A stretch of 64,000 bases of DNA from positions 960,001 to 1,024,000 of the forward strand of contig CP136572.1 in assembly GCA_035193785.1 (NCBI GenBank), in the 5' to 3' direction. Source of the stretch: Planktothrix sp. GU0601_MAG3. Its GTDB lineage: Bacteria; Cyanobacteriota; Cyanobacteriia; Cyanobacteriales; Microcoleaceae. The translations under genes and the position numbers were made by a program. The notes beneath the pieces are model-generated. The model was given only the letters and a program-made list of their open reading frames with translations. It was not told the origin of the DNA and did not search any database. The number at the start of each line of letters is the position of its first letter. Position 1 is the stretch's first letter. Shown here one piece after another: positions 34,563-46,685 of the stretch.

Positions 34563-37162
34563 TTAAGGACAATTATGTGACTGAAGCAGAGCTAAAACTT
34601 TCTTAACACCTTCGGGGAAAATCACCACCAAACTACCGGGAGTCGCTTCCCCCAGAGCAGTTTCAATCGCTTGTACTTCTTCGAGAATAACCTCGTAGTC
34701 AAAATCAGGATTTTCCTGTTTAACCCCAATTTCAATAAATTTGGCCACATCTCCCCGGGGACAGCCGCGATTATCCTCATCTTCCTTAATAATAATCCGC
34801 TCGAACATTTGGGCTGCTAATCGTCCTAATTCGATAAAATCCTCTGGGCGACGGTCGCCGGGGGCGCAGACCACCCCAATCCGTTTACCATCGGGCCAAT
34901 TGCGAACAAACTCCAGAATCGCTTGGAAACTGGCACGGTTATGGGCATAATCGAGTAAAACGTGGAAAGACTGATAAGGGATTAAATTCATCCGTCCGGG
35001 GGTTTGTTTCCACCGACATTTCAAATGTCCGTAAAGCCTGACTAATCTGCTCAATGGTCACCCCCTGGATGTATGCGGCCAAACTGGCGGCCAAGGCATT
35101 GGCAATCATAAACGGAGCTAAACCCCGTAAGGTGAGGGGCACATTCGCCATCTGTTCCACTCGAATTGTTTGATCGGCTTTTAAAAAGGATAAATAACCC
35201 GATTCATAAATCGCAGCCACTCCCCCTTGGGCAACGTGTTCAATCACAATCCGGTTATCGGGGTTCATGGAAAAATAAGCCACTTTCGCCTTTACCTGTG
35301 ATGCCATAGCCACCACTAAAGGATCATCGGCATTTAACACCGCATACTTAGTTGCCGCCCTTGCCACAACGCTTTTTACATCGGCCATCTCCTCAACGCT
35401 GTTGATATCCTGTAACCCGAGATGGTCTTCGGAAACATTCAACACCACTCCCACATCACAGCCACTAAACCCTAATCCTGAGCGGAGAATCCCCCCCCGA
35501 GCCGCTTCTAATACCGCCAGTTCCACGGTGGGATCATTTAAAATCAAAGCCGCACTTTGAGGCCCGGTATTATCTCCGGCTTCTGCCAGAAAGTCTCCGA
35601 TATAAGTACCATCAGTAGTGGTAAAACCCACAACTTTTTTGGTTTCTTTTAGGATGTGGGCAATTAAACGGGTGGTAGTAGTTTTACCATTGGTTCCGGT
35701 AATGGCGGTAATCGGGATCTGACTGGAGGTTCCAGGGGGATAAAGCATATCCACAATCGGCACTGCCACGTTTCGGGGTGTGCCTTCATTTGGGTGAATG
35801 TGCATCCGCAACCCGGGGGCGGCGTTAACTTCCACAATCACCCCATCCACTTCTCGCAGGGGGCGACTGATATCGGGGGTGGTAATATCAATTCCGGCAA
35901 TATCTAGGCCGATAATTTGGGCGGCGCGTTCAGCAATCCAAATATTTTCCGGGTGAATTTCATCGGTTTTATCAATGGCAATGCCCCCCGTACTTAAATT
36001 AGCCGTAGCTTTGAGATAACAAATTTCCCCTTTTCTGGGAATACTTTCTAAGCGATAGCCCTGGTGTTTTAAAATATCAATGCTTTGGCGATCAATTTCA
36101 ATCCGAGTTAACATATTTTCGTGACCACTACCCCGACGAGGATCACGGTTTGTATCTTCCACTAATTCTGCTAAATTTGAACGACCATCCCCCAGAACAT
36201 GGGCGGGAACTCGTTGCGCCACCGCCACTAATTTTCCGTTTACTACTAATACCCGATAATCATTTCCTTTATAGTAGCGTTCAACAATGATAGTGCCAAT
36301 TTTTGACTCACTTTTAGCCATTTCATAGGCCATTTCTGCCTCATGCCAGGTTTGAATATCAAGGGTAATACCTCGACCATGATTCCCGTCTAGGGGTTTT
36401 AAAACAATCGGAAATCCGCCAATATCATCAATAGCTTTTTCTAAATCATCTAAACTATCAATTACAGTTTCCCTTGGGCACGGGCAAACGGGCTGCATCC
36501 AGGAGGGTTTTAGTGCCTTCCTTATCTCCCGCAAATTCAATACCTAAAATACTGGTACCATCGGTTTGGGAGGCTTGAATTCGTCGTTGTTTTTTGCCAT
36601 AACCGAGTTGAATTACATGGCGGGCGGGTAATTCTTTCCAGGGAATGCCACGGGCTTCGGCTTCTTGAACAATGGCCTGCGTTGTCGGGCCTAGTTGAGC
36701 CCCTAAGAAAATTTCTTGTAAGTCCTCTAAATCATGTCGCAGTTCGGTTTCAGGGTAAAATCCATCATCAATTAAACGATGACATAATCTGACCGCAGCC
36801 CTAGAGGCATAGCGTCCCGCCTCTGGGATTTTATATTGAAAGATCACTCTATGGACTCCGGGTTGGGAACTCCCACGGGTACAGCCGAAATCCACGGGCA
36901 TTCCGGCTAATCTTTGCAACTCTAGGACAATTTGTAGAATCACATCACTCATCAAAATTCCTCTTTGGAGACTTGTCAGGAAATCTTGATATTTTGGTTG
37001 AGTTAAATGGGGTAAAATTTCGCAAAGTCCCTCGGAGAAATTGGGAATTTCATGGGTGTAGCGATTATCTTTTTCTAAATCGAGATAAATAATAATCAGA
37101 TTGTGAACATCAATACTCCAATAATTAGGCCCTGATAGGGTTTGAGTTTTTATAATTTTCAT
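34563..37162 (-). CDS. cphA: Cyanophycin synthetase, divergent CphA1 architecture (apparent frameshifts at GTTTC 36467-36471 and 35006-35010)
   Basis: GPNYWS, KPLDGNHGRG, ANLSTGG, EVNAAPG, TGTNGKTTT, DYAHN and PGDRR. Confidence 0.88.
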
Positions 37163-37320
37163 TGGTATTCTCTCCTAAACTCATGGATGCGGTCATTTCA
37201 GCAATTCAACATCGGGATAAATTATCCCACAATCTGAGAATATATAAACACCAAAACTCCTGAAATTGGGTCAAGGATCAAAAACTTAAGGAAAACATTA
37301 GATAAAGATTAATAGAAATA

Positions 37321-37386
37321 TATAGCAACCCGCGCTGAGGTTGTAATATTTTAATCTGGTGAGTCCTGAAGGGCTGACTACTATAT
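37321..37386. mobile_element. Short TATAG-ended MITE-like remnant containing a REP
   Basis: TATAGCAACC...GAGTCCTGAAGGGCTGACTACTATA. Confidence 0.4.
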
Positions 37387-37420
37387 AAAATATCCTAATT
37401 AAGATAGTCTGTTTTATTAA

Positions 37421-37522
37421 TAGGACTCACGCACAAGACCCAAGAAACAAGGTTTCTGGATCTGATTTTGCGGATGAAAACCAGATTTCTCGTTTAGAAA
37501 CCCGGTTTCTGCGTAAGTCCTA
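37421..37522. mobile_element. MITE with AGGACTTACGCA-type TIRs
   Basis: TAGGACTCACGCA...TGCGTAAGTCCTA, flanked by ATTAA/ATTGA. Confidence 0.7.
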
Positions 37523-37769
37523 ATTGATCAACTGAAACATACCATTAAACCATTAAGACTCAGACCTATCTGTCTAATATCTAATAAATATTGACAAATT
37601 TTAAGTTTTGTGATAGTCTGGCGGGGATTTACAGCCATTCTAAAAATTGCAAAAAATTTCTTGGCAATAGAGATCAGATTCGGCTCTACAAATGATATAA
37701 AAATATCAATAAAATAGCTGTATCATCAATAAATCGAGGTTAACGATTTACGGACATAAGGAGCGATCA

Positions 37770-38945
37770 ATGGCTCAAAAAACGATGAATAAAACCCAAT
37801 TGGAATTCTCAGAAGTTCCGATCGCTAAAGCACCGATATCGGTAGAAGCCTATGCCGATGAACTGATGGACGACATCTTTGCCGATGTGGATCGGGTGAT
37901 CCAGGGACAATCTCGGCTCCCCAAAGAAGCAGTGAAACCGGAATTTGTCTCCCTCAAATCGATTAAAGTCCCTCAAATTATTCTACCTCCGATGCCACGG
38001 GAGGAGGTGGAAGACCCAGACAAATTAAGGGATGCGAGTGTGAAAAAATCCGCTCCCTCCTTGGATCGGATTCTATTAATTGCGGCCTTTTCCTCATTAT
38101 TTATTACTCTATTATTATGGTTAGCTACCCGGGGTGGCTTGGGGCGTTTATTTGCCCCGGAACCGGTGGCGGTGTCCCCCGAACCCGTCTTAGATGCTAA
38201 GACAAAAGCGGATATTCAATTTTCCAATTATATTGAGCGATCGCTAACCAATATTGAACAACAGAATCAACAAACTGGTTTAGGCTTGCCCCTGTTACCC
38301 CCGCCCGTGGCGAACGCCCCCTTACCGACCCTACCCGTTCCGGGGACTCCCCCCGTGGCGACCGTGGCGACCGTGGTGGATACCAATAACCTCGTCGCCG
38401 CCATTAACCGGGTGGCTGGGGCGATCCAGGATGCCTCAAATCAAACCGCCTCTCTGTCCCAACAGGTGATGAACAGCTTGGCCAAGGGACAACAAACCCC
38501 GCCCCCCGCACCTGCTCCGGTTGCGGTTCCCGGTGGCAGGGGTTCGGGTTCTGTCCCCGCAACGGCCCCCAAAACCCCGGCTTCCGCCCCCACCACCCAA
38601 TCCAAACCCGCCACACCAACCCAAGTCACTCCCGCCACCCCTCAAGCTCGGCAGGAAGTCCCAGCAGGCGTTCCATTACCCCCCCCGCCTGCGGTGACGG
38701 AAACGCCCGCAGAACAGCCAACGGCAGTTAATCCAGCACCCGTAACCGCCCATACCTTAGTCGGAATTTTGGAATTGGGCGATCGCTCCGCGGCTCTGTT
38801 TGAAATTAATGGGGTGGCCCGTCGGATTTATGTGGGTGAAACCATTGGCGCGAGTGGTTGGTCACTGGTGGAAGTGGTGAACCAGGAGGCCGTGATTCGC
38901 CGGAATGGGGAAGTTAAAACAATCTTTGTAGGACAACAATTCTAA
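37770..38945 (+). CDS. Membrane-anchored Pro-rich protein with a GspC/PilP-like C-terminal domain
   Basis: Single TM, Pro/Thr linker, HTLVGILELGDRSAALFEINGVARRIYVGETIGASGW. Confidence 0.65.
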   Translation: MAQKTMNKTQLEFSEVPIAKAPISVEAYADELMDDIFADVDRVIQGQSRLPKEAVKPEFVSLKSIKVPQIILPPMPREEVEDPDKLRDASVKKSAPSLDRILLIAAFSSLFITLLLWLATRGGLGRLFAPEPVAVSPEPVLDAKTKADIQFSNYIERSLTNIEQQNQQTGLGLPLLPPPVANAPLPTLPVPGTPPVATVATVVDTNNLVAAINRVAGAIQDASNQTASLSQQVMNSLAKGQQTPPPAPAPVAVPGGRGSGSVPATAPKTPASAPTTQSKPATPTQVTPATPQARQEVPAGVPLPPPPAVTETPAEQPTAVNPAPVTAHTLVGILELGDRSAALFEINGVARRIYVGETIGASGWSLVEVVNQEAVIRRNGEVKTIFVGQQF

Positions 38946-38972
38946 ATTGGTTGCTCCAGTTAATATTGGGAG

Positions 38973-38998
38973 AGAGACGCGCCGTGGCACGTCTCTAC
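38973..38998. repeat. REP-like palindrome (GTAGAGACGTGCCACGGCGCGTCTCT on minus strand)
   Basis: GTAG-headed imperfect palindrome in an intergenic gap. Confidence 0.7.
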
Positions 38999-39024
38999 TG
39001 TTCTTTTCTATTGAATATTTAATT

Positions 39025-39619
39025 ATGGGTTTATTTGAAGATTTTAGTCGCTTTCTGGAGACTCGCTTAGAGGAGTTTCTCAAGGATAATCCCCACTTAG
39101 AATTGCAAGCTTTGGAAGAACAATTACGCGAACAGGAGGAGGATACTTTACGATTAATTGCTGATTTGAGCCGAGAGGAAAAAAAGCTACAAGCGGAAAT
39201 TTTAGCGGTGGCTCAAGATGTCCAGAAATGGCATCAATGGGTGCAAAAAGCCCAAGCAGCTAATCGTTTCAGATTTAGCAGAGGCGGCTCAAGAACGGGA
39301 GGCGGTATTTTTGCGTCAAGGGAATCAACTTTGGGGACAAATGCAGGGAGTAAAAGAACGGATTCAAAAATCTAAAGAAGTCTATTATCAAGTTCAAGAA
39401 CGTCACAAAGAAGTTAAAGTTAAAGCCGCAGAGGTGGAAGCTAACCGTGCGAAATCAAAAGCTCAACAAAATCCTCAAAATTCCCGGGAAACTCAAGGTT
39501 GGAATCAGAGTAAATCCTATGGTAGTTCTAATGCTTTTAATGATTCCTTAGAGGCGAAATTTAAACAATGGGAAACGGACGAAGAATTAGAACAGTTGAA
39601 ACGAAATATGGGACGTTAG
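39025..39619 (+). CDS. TIGR04376-like coiled-coil protein, PspA-related (apparent frameshift at GTTTC 39266-39270)
   Basis: MGLFEDFSRFLETRLEEFL...KFKQWETDEELEQLKRNMGR. Confidence 0.8.
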
Positions 39620-39623
39620 AATT

Positions 39624-40211
39624 TTATGCTTCTGAGGTTTCAAAGTTCACTTGTTCATAAATATCGGTTAAATTAATGGAAAAATCAATGGTACTTAATG
39701 TTAGAATAGAATCCGCCGACTCATAAAAATTAACTTGCCATTTTCCCGTTTCTGATTTGATAAATTGTTCAACGGAATATTGATATTGATCGATTAAAAT
39801 ATATTCTTGAAATTCGGAAATAGAACGATAATACTTGAATTTATCTCCGCGATCGTAACTTCCCGTTGATTGAGATAAAACTTCCACAATGACTAAGGGA
39901 TTTAAAACCGTATCCGTGCGGTTTTCGTGATAAATAACATCCCCTTTAATTACCATTAAATCGGGATAGGTATATAACCGATAATCAGGTATCCATAGAC
40001 GGACATCCCCAATAAATAATCTATATTTTTGACCTCTTAATGCTAATTTGAGTTGAAAGTAAGCGTTTCCAGCAATTTGATTATGATTAGTAGTTCCTCC
40101 AGTTATAGGAATAATATCTCCGTCTCGATATTCATGTTTAAATTCTGCGGTTTCTTCGAGTTGGAAATACTCCTCTGGAGAATAGGGTCGAGGTTTCACT
40201 TGCATAACCAT
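39624..40211 (-). CDS. Uma2-family endonuclease-fold protein
   Basis: KHEYRDG, YTYPDLMV, IVEVLS and DRGDKF. Confidence 0.9.
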   Translation of the reverse strand: MVMQVKPRPYSPEEYFQLEETAEFKHEYRDGDIIPITGGTTNHNQIAGNAYFQLKLALRGQKYRLFIGDVRLWIPDYRLYTYPDLMVIKGDVIYHENRTDTVLNPLVIVEVLSQSTGSYDRGDKFKYYRSISEFQEYILIDQYQYSVEQFIKSETGKWQVNFYESADSILTLSTIDFSINLTDIYEQVNFETSEA

Positions 40212-40251
40212 ATTATTCTCCTACTTAGATCACATCCTTTTATTATATAGC

Positions 40252-41004
40252 CTATTCTGGCAAAATTTTAATCTCAAGATTAATCTTTTCTTGCCATTCT
40301 CGAATATAAACTAACAACCCATACATAAACACAATTACTCCCATCATTTCCATAATTTCCTCGACAATAGCTACTAAGGAATAAATCAGAGTTTGTTGAT
40401 GGTAATAAAACGCCACAACACTCCCGACCATTTCCATAAATAATGCTCCGCCAATATATAAAGACGCTGCTAAAATAAAATTATAACGGGTTTTTCTGGG
40501 AAGATGTAACCAAAATTTCCAATATTTACGCAGGAAAATTACTACTAAAATTATTCCCGGAATTACCCACATCGAACGTAAAAAAGGCGGTAAATTTAAC
40601 CCTTTAGCAATATCAGGAATAATTAAAATTTCATGGATGGTAGCTACTTCATCAACAGCAAATAACCAAAAAATAATCGATAACCATTTCCATTGTTGAA
40701 AATAACGATATTTTACCGAAGCATGATCATCAGGATCAATTAAGGAGTTTTGTTGTTCAAGTTCAGCTTGTTTTGCAGAAGCGATCGCCCCTAATAACCA
40801 AGCACAAAACGCCAACATAAACGCACTAAACCAAGTAGGTAAATTCATCTCTCGATCAACATTAAACATCGCTGTCCAATCTTTTCGATAGTTAAATCCA
40901 AATCTACCAATTTGTACCAAAATACTCGTAAAGGTAAAAAATCCCACTCCCATCGTTAGACGTTTAGCTAATTTTAAGGGAGACAACGTTAGAGATAACT
41001 GCAT
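40252..41004 (-). CDS. Multi-pass membrane hypothetical protein
   Basis: FNVDREMNLPTWFS, DEVATIHE and EEIMEMMG; about 6 TM. Confidence 0.75.
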   Translation of the reverse strand: MQLSLTLSPLKLAKRLTMGVGFFTFTSILVQIGRFGFNYRKDWTAMFNVDREMNLPTWFSAFMLAFCAWLLGAIASAKQAELEQQNSLIDPDDHASVKYRYFQQWKWLSIIFWLFAVDEVATIHEILIIPDIAKGLNLPPFLRSMWVIPGIILVVIFLRKYWKFWLHLPRKTRYNFILAASLYIGGALFMEMVGSVVAFYYHQQTLIYSLVAIVEEIMEMMGVIVFMYGLLVYIREWQEKINLEIKILPE

Positions 41005-41045
41005 TTGAACTTATCCTATTTGATCAACCTCAAATCATAACCCAA

Positions 41046-42755
41046 CTATCGACAATAATATCGTCGATATCTATATCCATTAAACTTAGGTTGAGGACGG
41101 GGATCTTGTTGACACCGGAATTGGCTAAAATCCGTATTATCCTTTAAATTCACCGTCCATAACTCGAAGGGACGTTTGATTTTAGTTAAGGAATTTGCTA
41201 AAGCTGGAGAAGGATTATCGGTTTTTTTAACTAACATAAATTCAGGTAAATTTTTGGCTTTTTGACGCTTAAATTCTAATCCTAATCCCATCAAAGATCG
41301 AGTTTCTGCATGGGTTCGTTGGGTCATGGCAATGACAACGGGTGTTTGAGCTTCATTAATAATATAACTCGCCAAACGATCCGATCCTTGGGATTTTTGA
41401 AACCCATAATTTCCTCCTACTGTTAACGCACCCAAACATCCCATAATTAAGGTGACAATCACAATTTTTTTTCCGTTAGCTTGCAAAATAGGCGGAAGTG
41501 AAACCCAAGAATAATTAAGGGTTTTAGGTTGTTTCCAAATAACACCTAATCCCGAACCCAAAATTAAAATAAACACAGGAAAGTAAACAAATTGATATCT
41601 AGCCGCCAGGGATACGTCCTTTTGTAGTCCATAAATTATAATTAAAAATAGTGTCAGAATACTAATTAAAATACCGCCAAAAATTTGAGTTTCTAGTTGA
41701 GTTTCAGAGGATTGAAGATTCAACCTAATTCCTTGAATTATGCCCGGAGTAATCCAAACGAAAACCGTTAATAAAATTAATGCTGAAATTGCTGTTATAA
41801 TTATAGGAGTTCCTTCAATTGGTAATAGCAATATCTGGGTAATTAACCAGGCGAATAACCGAAATAAAGGCTCTATAAATCCTAATCCCTTAAATTGAGT
41901 TTCTATCCAGTCCGTGAGTTGATCATTAGGAATACTTTGTAAAATTGGAATCCAAACTAATCCACTAATTAATGTTCCGAATATTACGGCATAAATTCTT
42001 AACCAAGCTGTTCTAAAAAGTCCTAATTTATTTCGCCAATCCTTTAACCAAAATCCCGCTACAACCAACCCTTCTGCACCTAATAACACAATAAAAAAAT
42101 AGTGACTAGCTATTCCTAATCCATTCACAATAATCCAACCCATGACTTGAATGATAGATAGATATTTTTCTCCCTCTAAACTTCTAATTGCCTTGACTAA
42201 ATAGCCTAAAGATGCGATAATAAAAAGTATGGTTATTGTATAATGTCGGGCTTCCTGTGATAAATAAATGCCATAGGGAGAAATAGCTATTAACGCGGCG
42301 GTAATTTGAGCAAAAATTAAAGATCTAAAGGCAAAATAACTTAAACTAAAAATAGCCGGAATTGATAAAATCCCTAAAATAGAACTGAGCGATCGCGCCA
42401 CCGTTAAAGAAACTAATTCTCCCTCCTTAGAAAATAAATTCATCCAGAAATGATTCAGCAAAAAATATAACGGTGGATGGTTACTTTCACTGAATAAATG
42501 ATAAATAACATCCAATGGTTGACTAGCAGTTTTAAAGCGCAAAGGAGATAATAAAATATCCGCCGAAATAATTTGATCTAAAGGAATAGTTTTCAGACCG
42601 TGACCCAAACTAAACACTAAAGTGGAAATTTCAATACTCGATGCTGACTTATTTCCTAAACCCATAAATCTAAATAAAATTCCCAGTCCCACCCAAAACA
42701 ACAGTAAACCCGGATGAAACCATCGGTTATTCGTTATTTTAATCACTGAAAACAA
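41046..42755 (-). CDS. GT-C fold membrane glycosyltransferase (GT39/ArnT-like)
   Basis: ESNHPPLYF and SQEARHY motifs; many TM helices. Confidence 0.8.
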   Translation of the reverse strand: MFSVIKITNNRWFHPGLLLFWVGLGILFRFMGLGNKSASSIEISTLVFSLGHGLKTIPLDQIISADILLSPLRFKTASQPLDVIYHLFSESNHPPLYFLLNHFWMNLFSKEGELVSLTVARSLSSILGILSIPAIFSLSYFAFRSLIFAQITAALIAISPYGIYLSQEARHYTITILFIIASLGYLVKAIRSLEGEKYLSIIQVMGWIIVNGLGIASHYFFIVLLGAEGLVVAGFWLKDWRNKLGLFRTAWLRIYAVIFGTLISGLVWIPILQSIPNDQLTDWIETQFKGLGFIEPLFRLFAWLITQILLLPIEGTPIIITAISALILLTVFVWITPGIIQGIRLNLQSSETQLETQIFGGILISILTLFLIIIYGLQKDVSLAARYQFVYFPVFILILGSGLGVIWKQPKTLNYSWVSLPPILQANGKKIVIVTLIMGCLGALTVGGNYGFQKSQGSDRLASYIINEAQTPVVIAMTQRTHAETRSLMGLGLEFKRQKAKNLPEFMLVKKTDNPSPALANSLTKIKRPFELWTVNLKDNTDFSQFRCQQDPRPQPKFNGYRYRRYYCR

Positions 42756-42798
42756 TCCTCACAAAAAGTAAACCCATATTATAGGAATAAATAATCCC

Positions 42799-44388
42799 CT
42801 AAAACCGTCTTTCTAATTTCAAACATTGACCTGGAGTTAACTTTCTAATTTCATCCGTTACATCTAACCATGGTTGTAATTGTCCCCGTTGAAACGTGCG
42901 ACTTAGGGGAATATCCATTGAAGTTTGATCGCAACCTATTCCGGCGGAAATCACCCCGCGCCAAGAATCAGCATATAATTCATCAATAATCTGCCATTGA
43001 TTTTTTTCCCAACGAAATCTTCGGGTAAATCTAAAGGGTGTATCTTGTTTTCCTTTAACAATTTTAGAAGTATTTAACCTCTGAATTTGCTTTGAGAAAA
43101 ACTTACCTAATAGTAACATTAAAACTCGCAAAAAAACCAATTTTAACGAAGATAATTGACTCGATTTAACCCAACTTAATCCCCCTTCAATTAAAATTTC
43201 ATCCTGTTCGACATTAATAGTATAAGCACTCATTAAATGGGCTACAGCATTTTTAATTTGACGACCTTGACGAACTTGTAAGGAAAAATGAGTATCCGAT
43301 AAAATCAGTTTATTTTCCCTAAATAACTTAAAAACTCCCCCTTTATTTAAAGCTACATATAATTCTACATAGGGACGACGTTTAATTAAAATTTCCGCTT
43401 CATTTAACCAAATACTCGCCACATCTCGCGGCAAAGGTTGGGGTCTTCCAGGAACAAAATCTCGCCAGGCTAGTAAATAATTCCAAACCTGATTTCCTAG
43501 GGAATAATCATCCCCATAACAAGCGGATAAACCATTTTTAATTCCCAGTAAAAATCGGTCATTAATTCTTAACGCATCCGGTAGCCATTCCCCCACTAAT
43601 TCAAACCCATAGGGAAAAAATTGATAAGTATTTAAACTCCCGTATTCCCCGCCATACGACCCATCAGGATGAATAAAATAGGTAACTAATTCTACCGCTT
43701 TCATTAAAGATTCTTTCAACCTTAAATCCGCTCTCAAATCATCTAATTGCGCTAAAAAAGAAATGGTTAAGCTATGATAACCCGGGTCAAATGTATCACT
43801 TTCTTTAAACCATCCCTCCTGACTTTGTAAAGATAATAATTTTTCTAAACGAGAGGCTTTAATTCGATGCCATTTAGAGGTTTGTAACATTTGCCCCAAC
43901 CTTTCTAAACACAAAAGAATTAACGCCTCCTGACTAGCACTCTGACTAAATTTACCATGGGCTAACCCCTGGGCTTGAGCTTCAAAACATTGTAGGGCTT
44001 CATAATTCATCAACCCCAATAAATGATAACTTTCTAAACCGGCAAACAGGGAAAAAGCCGTGGCACTTGTAGAATATTCTAATGGGAAATTTTGATCGCA
44101 AAAACCATTGTTATAAACGCTATTAGCTTGGTAAATAATACCTGCTTCTACCCAAGTTTTAATCGCAGGTTGTTGATAATAAGGATTATCAGAAATAGGT
44201 AGATCATAAACTAAAGCCAGGGGTAATACTAATTCTTGCATTCTACCATTGGCAAAATCTTTAGTTTTATAATGCCAAAAATTTCGATCAAAACAGCCAT
44301 AGGTTGGACTATGGGGATTTCGATCCAATAAGGTTAAAATTTTAGGAATTTGAGTTAAGGCTTCACGGGCAAATAAATCTTTACTCAC
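42799..44388 (-). CDS. Hypothetical protein, probable alpha/alpha-toroid fold
   Basis: DRNPHSPTYGCFDR, QEGWF, DPGYH and HPDGSYGGEYGS. Confidence 0.7.
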   Translation of the reverse strand: MSKDLFAREALTQIPKILTLLDRNPHSPTYGCFDRNFWHYKTKDFANGRMQELVLPLALVYDLPISDNPYYQQPAIKTWVEAGIIYQANSVYNNGFCDQNFPLEYSTSATAFSLFAGLESYHLLGLMNYEALQCFEAQAQGLAHGKFSQSASQEALILLCLERLGQMLQTSKWHRIKASRLEKLLSLQSQEGWFKESDTFDPGYHSLTISFLAQLDDLRADLRLKESLMKAVELVTYFIHPDGSYGGEYGSLNTYQFFPYGFELVGEWLPDALRINDRFLLGIKNGLSACYGDDYSLGNQVWNYLLAWRDFVPGRPQPLPRDVASIWLNEAEILIKRRPYVELYVALNKGGVFKLFRENKLILSDTHFSLQVRQGRQIKNAVAHLMSAYTINVEQDEILIEGGLSWVKSSQLSSLKLVFLRVLMLLLGKFFSKQIQRLNTSKIVKGKQDTPFRFTRRFRWEKNQWQIIDELYADSWRGVISAGIGCDQTSMDIPLSRTFQRGQLQPWLDVTDEIRKLTPGQCLKLERRF

Positions 44389-44984
44389 GGTTAATAGTTG
44401 CTGTTAGTTGCACCAAACAAATCACCGCTATTGTACCAAAAAATGTGCGATCGCCATCTTATTTTCCTCATTTCCTAAATCTCCCAGACAATCAATTCTG
44501 GATTTACAGATAGCAAAACTACCTATAATTTCTAGGGTGGGGAACCTGGTAATGCTATTTTTGAGGATAGACGGGCTGCTTTCTACTTCCCCCTTTCCCA
44601 AACCAGGGAAAATCTAAGAATTGAGATGTTTAAATATTTTAAAAAGTTTACAAAAATTTATAAAATATTAAATTATAACTGTTATTATATACTAATAATA
44701 GAAACAAATTAAAACCGATATTGAACAAAAGCCCAATCGGTTTGTGTAAAAATTTCAAGGGCGATCTCTGTCAAAGTGATCAAAGTCAGAGTTCAATTAA
44801 TTTCAGCGTTATTCCTAAAGTTACTAACTTTTTTTAGGAAAATATTGGGTATTTCATAAATCTTAATCAAAACCTAGGGAATTAAAATCAAACCTTGATT
44901 AAGTAAAAAAAATGTTCCCAGCAAGTTTTTTAAAAAAAGTTTTTTCTCCGAATCATTATTTAATTAGAGTTAGAGGATAATACC

Positions 44985-45987
44985 ATGAAAAGTAGTGAAA
45001 TTGTTGATCGATATTTGAGGGGAGAACGAGATTTTCGAGGGTTAGATCTCACGGCGGAAAATTTAATTGGAGTCACCCTCAATCAAGCTAACCTATCGAG
45101 TTCAAGTTTAAAAGATGCTTCCCTAGCAAGGGGCTATTTAGAACGTTGTTTCCTGCTCAATGCTAACTTAAATGGAGCCTTTTTATATGCCACTAATTTA
45201 AGTTATGCCAAAATGAAAGGCAGCCATTTAATTGAAGCAGATTTAACTAAAGCCAACCTGCAAGGGGCGCAATTGAATTGCGTTGATTTAACCAATGCTA
45301 AAATGAGTGGTGCGATTCTATTTTGTGTGAATTTATTTCGGGCAAATTTAACCGGAGTGAATTTATGTGGGGCGAAACTTAAAAGGAATTAATCTCCGGT
45401 CTGCTAACCTAGAAAAAGCCAATTTAAACTGGACAAATTTAACCGGAGCTAGATTAAGCGGAGCTAATTTAAGAGGGGCGCAGTTAAATGGAGTTACCTT
45501 GAATGGTGCGTTTCTAAATGGATTAGATTTAGAAGGAATTGATTTTAGTGGGTTAGACCTGAATGATGTTAAATTGAGTGGGGCAAAATTGTCCGGTGCA
45601 AACTTCATGGGGACAACATTACAGGCTGCTCAAATGCGATTTTCCAATCTGGAAGGGGCAAATTTACAACAGGCAGATTTGCATGAAAGTGTATTAAAAG
45701 GAGCGCAATTTGTTCTAGTTAATTTAATGAAAGCTGACCTCCGGGATGCCGATTTGAGAAATGCAGACTTGAGTAAAGCTAATCTGAATTTGGCAGATTT
45801 ATCCGGTGCAAATTTAACGGGTGCTAATCTTCAAGGCGCCTATTTGTGGGGAACAAATTTGGATGGAGCTTGTTTAGAAGGAACGAATTTAACAGGCGCC
45901 AGTTTGCGAAATGCCAAACTCCACGGAGTTGATTTACAAAATGCCATTTTGTATGGTGCAACGATGCCCGATGGTCAGGTTTATTAA
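44985..45987 (+). CDS. Pentapeptide repeat protein (apparent frameshift at GAAAC 45374-45378)
   Basis: YLRGERDF start, A(N/D)Lxx repeats, MPDG end. Confidence 0.92.
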
Positions 45988-46156
45988 CCTTTAATTTATG
46001 GGTAAAAGGGAGTGCCATCATCTCCCTTACTCGTAATTAGAGGTAAGAGAGATTCATCATAATTAATTATCGCAGTCGCGCTTGGCGGTTAGGAAATAGA
46101 CTAATCCTAAAACCTAGACATTGTTCCCTATTTCCTATTACCTGATATAACAAAAA

Positions 46157-46667
46157 TCATCGTTTAAAATTAAACCGACCATTGACTTTTTCACCCTGAA
46201 TATCAGTTAAAACTACAACTTTATATTCCCCGGCGGTTTCCCCAGGGAGAAGAACTGCATAATGTTTACCTTCAGGATCATAAATTAAATCTAAGGTCTG
46301 TTGTTCACCATTGGGAACTTCAATTTGGGCTGTAACTTTTGCATCTGCAACTGCTTGATGATTGTCTCCGGTTAGGAGATAAAAATCCAAATGGGTTTCC
46401 GGTGGCTTCGGGTAACGCCACTAATTCTAAATGATAGTTACCTACTTCCACCACTTGCCCCCCTTTATTCGGTGCAGAATGGTCTTTTGTTGCGGTTTCT
46501 AGGGCTGGTTTTGTAGTAGTTGTTGCCGGAGTTGTCGCCATGGGAGAACTGGTGGTTTGGGCCGTGGGTTCCGGGGGATTTGTGCTTGAAGTTTGACCAC
46601 AAGCTGCAATTGATAATAATCCCAAACCGATGAAAATATAAAATTTGGGTTGAAATAACTTAAGCAT
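46157..46667 (-). CDS. Lipoprotein, CopC-like third gene of the RND operon (apparent frameshift at GTTTC 46395-46399)
   Basis: Lipobox IAAC; GGQVVEVGNYHLELV; restored THLDFYL. Confidence 0.75.
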
Positions 46668-46685
46668 TTTGATTTGTCCTTTAAT

